Shown: piece after piece, positions 62,301 through 64,000 of the stretch
How the letters are laid out: each line of letters opens with the position of its first letter
Numbering within the stretch: position 1 is the stretch's first letter
Origin: Eledone cirrhosa
Taxonomy: Eukaryota
DNA length: 64,000 nucleotides
Assembly: GCA_964016885.1 (NCBI GenBank)
Contig: OZ024740.1
Span: 106,578,001-106,642,000 of the forward strand
Direction: 5' to 3'
Program-made: the position numbers and the translations under genes
Notes under the pieces: generated by a model
What the model was told of the DNA's origin: nothing
Database searches by the model: none
What the model saw: only the letters and a program-made list of their open reading frames with translations

Positions 62301-64000
62301 TTACCTATATCACATCTCCATATATGACCTATATCACACCTCCATATATTACCTATATCACATCTCCATATATTACCTATATCACATCTCCATATATGAC
62401 CTATATCACACCTCCATATATTACCTATATCACATCTCCTTATATTACCTATATCATACCTCCATATATTACCTATATCACACCTCCATATATTACCTAT
62501 ATCACATCTCCATATATTACCTATATCACACCTCCATATATTACCTATATCACACCTCCATATATTACCTATATCATACCTCCATATATTTCCTATATCA
62601 CACCTCCATATATTACCTATATCACATCGCCATATAATATCTATATCACACCTCCATATATTACCTATATCACATCTCCATATATTACCTATATCACATC
62701 TCCATATATTACCTATATCACACCTCCATATATTACCTATATCACATCCCCATATATTACTTATATCACACCTCCATATATTACCTATATCACATCTCCA
62801 TATATTACCAATATCACACCTCCATATATTACCTATATCATACCTCCATATATTACCTATATCACACCTCCATATATTACCTATATCACACCTCCATATA
62901 TTACCTATATCACACCTCCATATATTACCTATATCATACCTCCATGTATTCCGTATATCACACCTCCATATATTACCTATATCACATCTCCATATATTAC
63001 CTATATCACATCTCCATATATATCATATATCACACCTCCATATATTATCTATATCACAACTCCATATATTACCTATATCATACCTCCATGTATTACCTAT
63101 AAAACACCTCCATATATTACCTATATCACATCTCCATATATTACCTATATCACATCGCCATATATTATCTATATCACACCTCCATATATTACCTATATCA
63201 TACCTCCATATATTTCCTATATCACACCTCCATATATTACCTATATCACATCGCCATATATTATCTATATCACACCTCCATATATTACCTATATCACATC
63301 TCCATATATTACCTATATCACATCTCCATATATTACCTATATCACACCTCCATATATTACCTATATCACATCCCCATATATTACTTATATCACACCTCCA
63401 TATATTACCTATATCACATCTCCATATATTACCAATATCACACCTCCATATATTACCTATATCATACCTCCATATATTACCTATATCACACCGCCATATA
63501 TTACCTATATCACACCTCCATATATTACCTATATCACACCTCCATATATTACCTATATCATACCTCCATGTATTCCCTATATCACACCTCCATATATTAC
63601 CTATATCACACCTCCATATATTACCTATATCACATCTACATATATATCATATATCACACCTCCATATATTATCTATATCACAACTCCATATATTACCTAT
63701 ATCATACCTCCATGTATTACATATAAAAAACCTCCATATATTACCTATATCACATCTCCATATATTACCTATATCACACCTCCATATATTACCTATATCA
63801 CACCTCCATATATTATCTATATCACATCTCCATATATTACCTGTATCACATCTCCATATATTACTTATATCACACCTCCATATATTACCTATATCACATC
63901 TCCATATATTACCTATATCACATCTCCATATATGACCTATATCACACCTCCATATATTACCTATATCACATCTCCATATATTACCTATATCACATCTCCA

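Larger units (their letters stand above)
3701..64000. repeat. 24-bp tandem satellite array, consensus ATATATTACCTATATCACA[C/T]CTCC, about 2,510 monomers, running past the right edge
   Basis: Continuous 24-bp periodicity over 60,300 bp. Two major monomer types (ACACCTCC and ACATCTCC) plus recurrent minor variants. Only two phase changes are visible (-1 at about 40378, +2 at about 46880) and no foreign insertions. Confidence 0.99.

Noticed and set aside
3600-64000. Dozens of long ORFs (up to 8568 aa) of types YITYITPP, SIYYLYHT, HILPISHL and WRCDIGNI
   Set aside because: They follow automatically from a 24-bp (multiple of 3) monomer lacking TAA and G. They overlap in four frames, starts and stops come from sporadic variants, and there are no unique domains. 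Not annotated as CDS; the residual possibility is kept as a low-weight finding.
3701-64000. CRISPR array (24-bp repeat length is in range)
   Set aside because: The repeats are head-to-tail with no unique spacers, there are no cas genes, and the context is eukaryotic.
3701-64000. Telomeric repeat or strong G-quadruplex array on the minus strand (GGAGGTGTGATATAGGTAATATAT)
   Set aside because: There are no TTAGGG/TTAGG units and only GG doublets (no GGG runs in the consensus), so at most weak two-tier structures are possible. No support for telomere identity.

Overview
Eukaryotic, AT-rich, repeat-dominated DNA with no credible intact protein-coding gene. From memory, the SINE motifs resemble those common in octopus/cephalopod assemblies; this is an inference and I ran no search. 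Positions 1-3700 are a patchwork: two minus-strand tRNA-derived SINEs, a 110-bp-arm inverted-repeat (MITE-like) element, two short hairpins, microsatellites, and a 5'-truncated, decayed non-LTR retrotransposon with a restriction-like endonuclease (RLE) sitting between (GTAT)n tracts. From 3701 to the window end (about 60.3 kb, about 2,510 monomers) lies one uninterrupted tandem array of a 24-bp monomer, ATATATTACCTATATCACA[C/T]CTCC. Its plus strand has essentially no G, and I see only two indels in the whole array. Rare variant monomers reveal nested higher-order structure: 72, 120, 192, 984, 1488 and 2136-bp units, 4.8-6.1 kb block duplications, and regionally confined sub-domains. A degenerate 28-bp version of the monomer lies just outside the array and may be its ancestor. 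The giant ORFs in the track follow from a stop-free 24-bp unit and are most likely artefacts. I found no clear novel gene system; the satellite's architecture and origin are the main points of interest.
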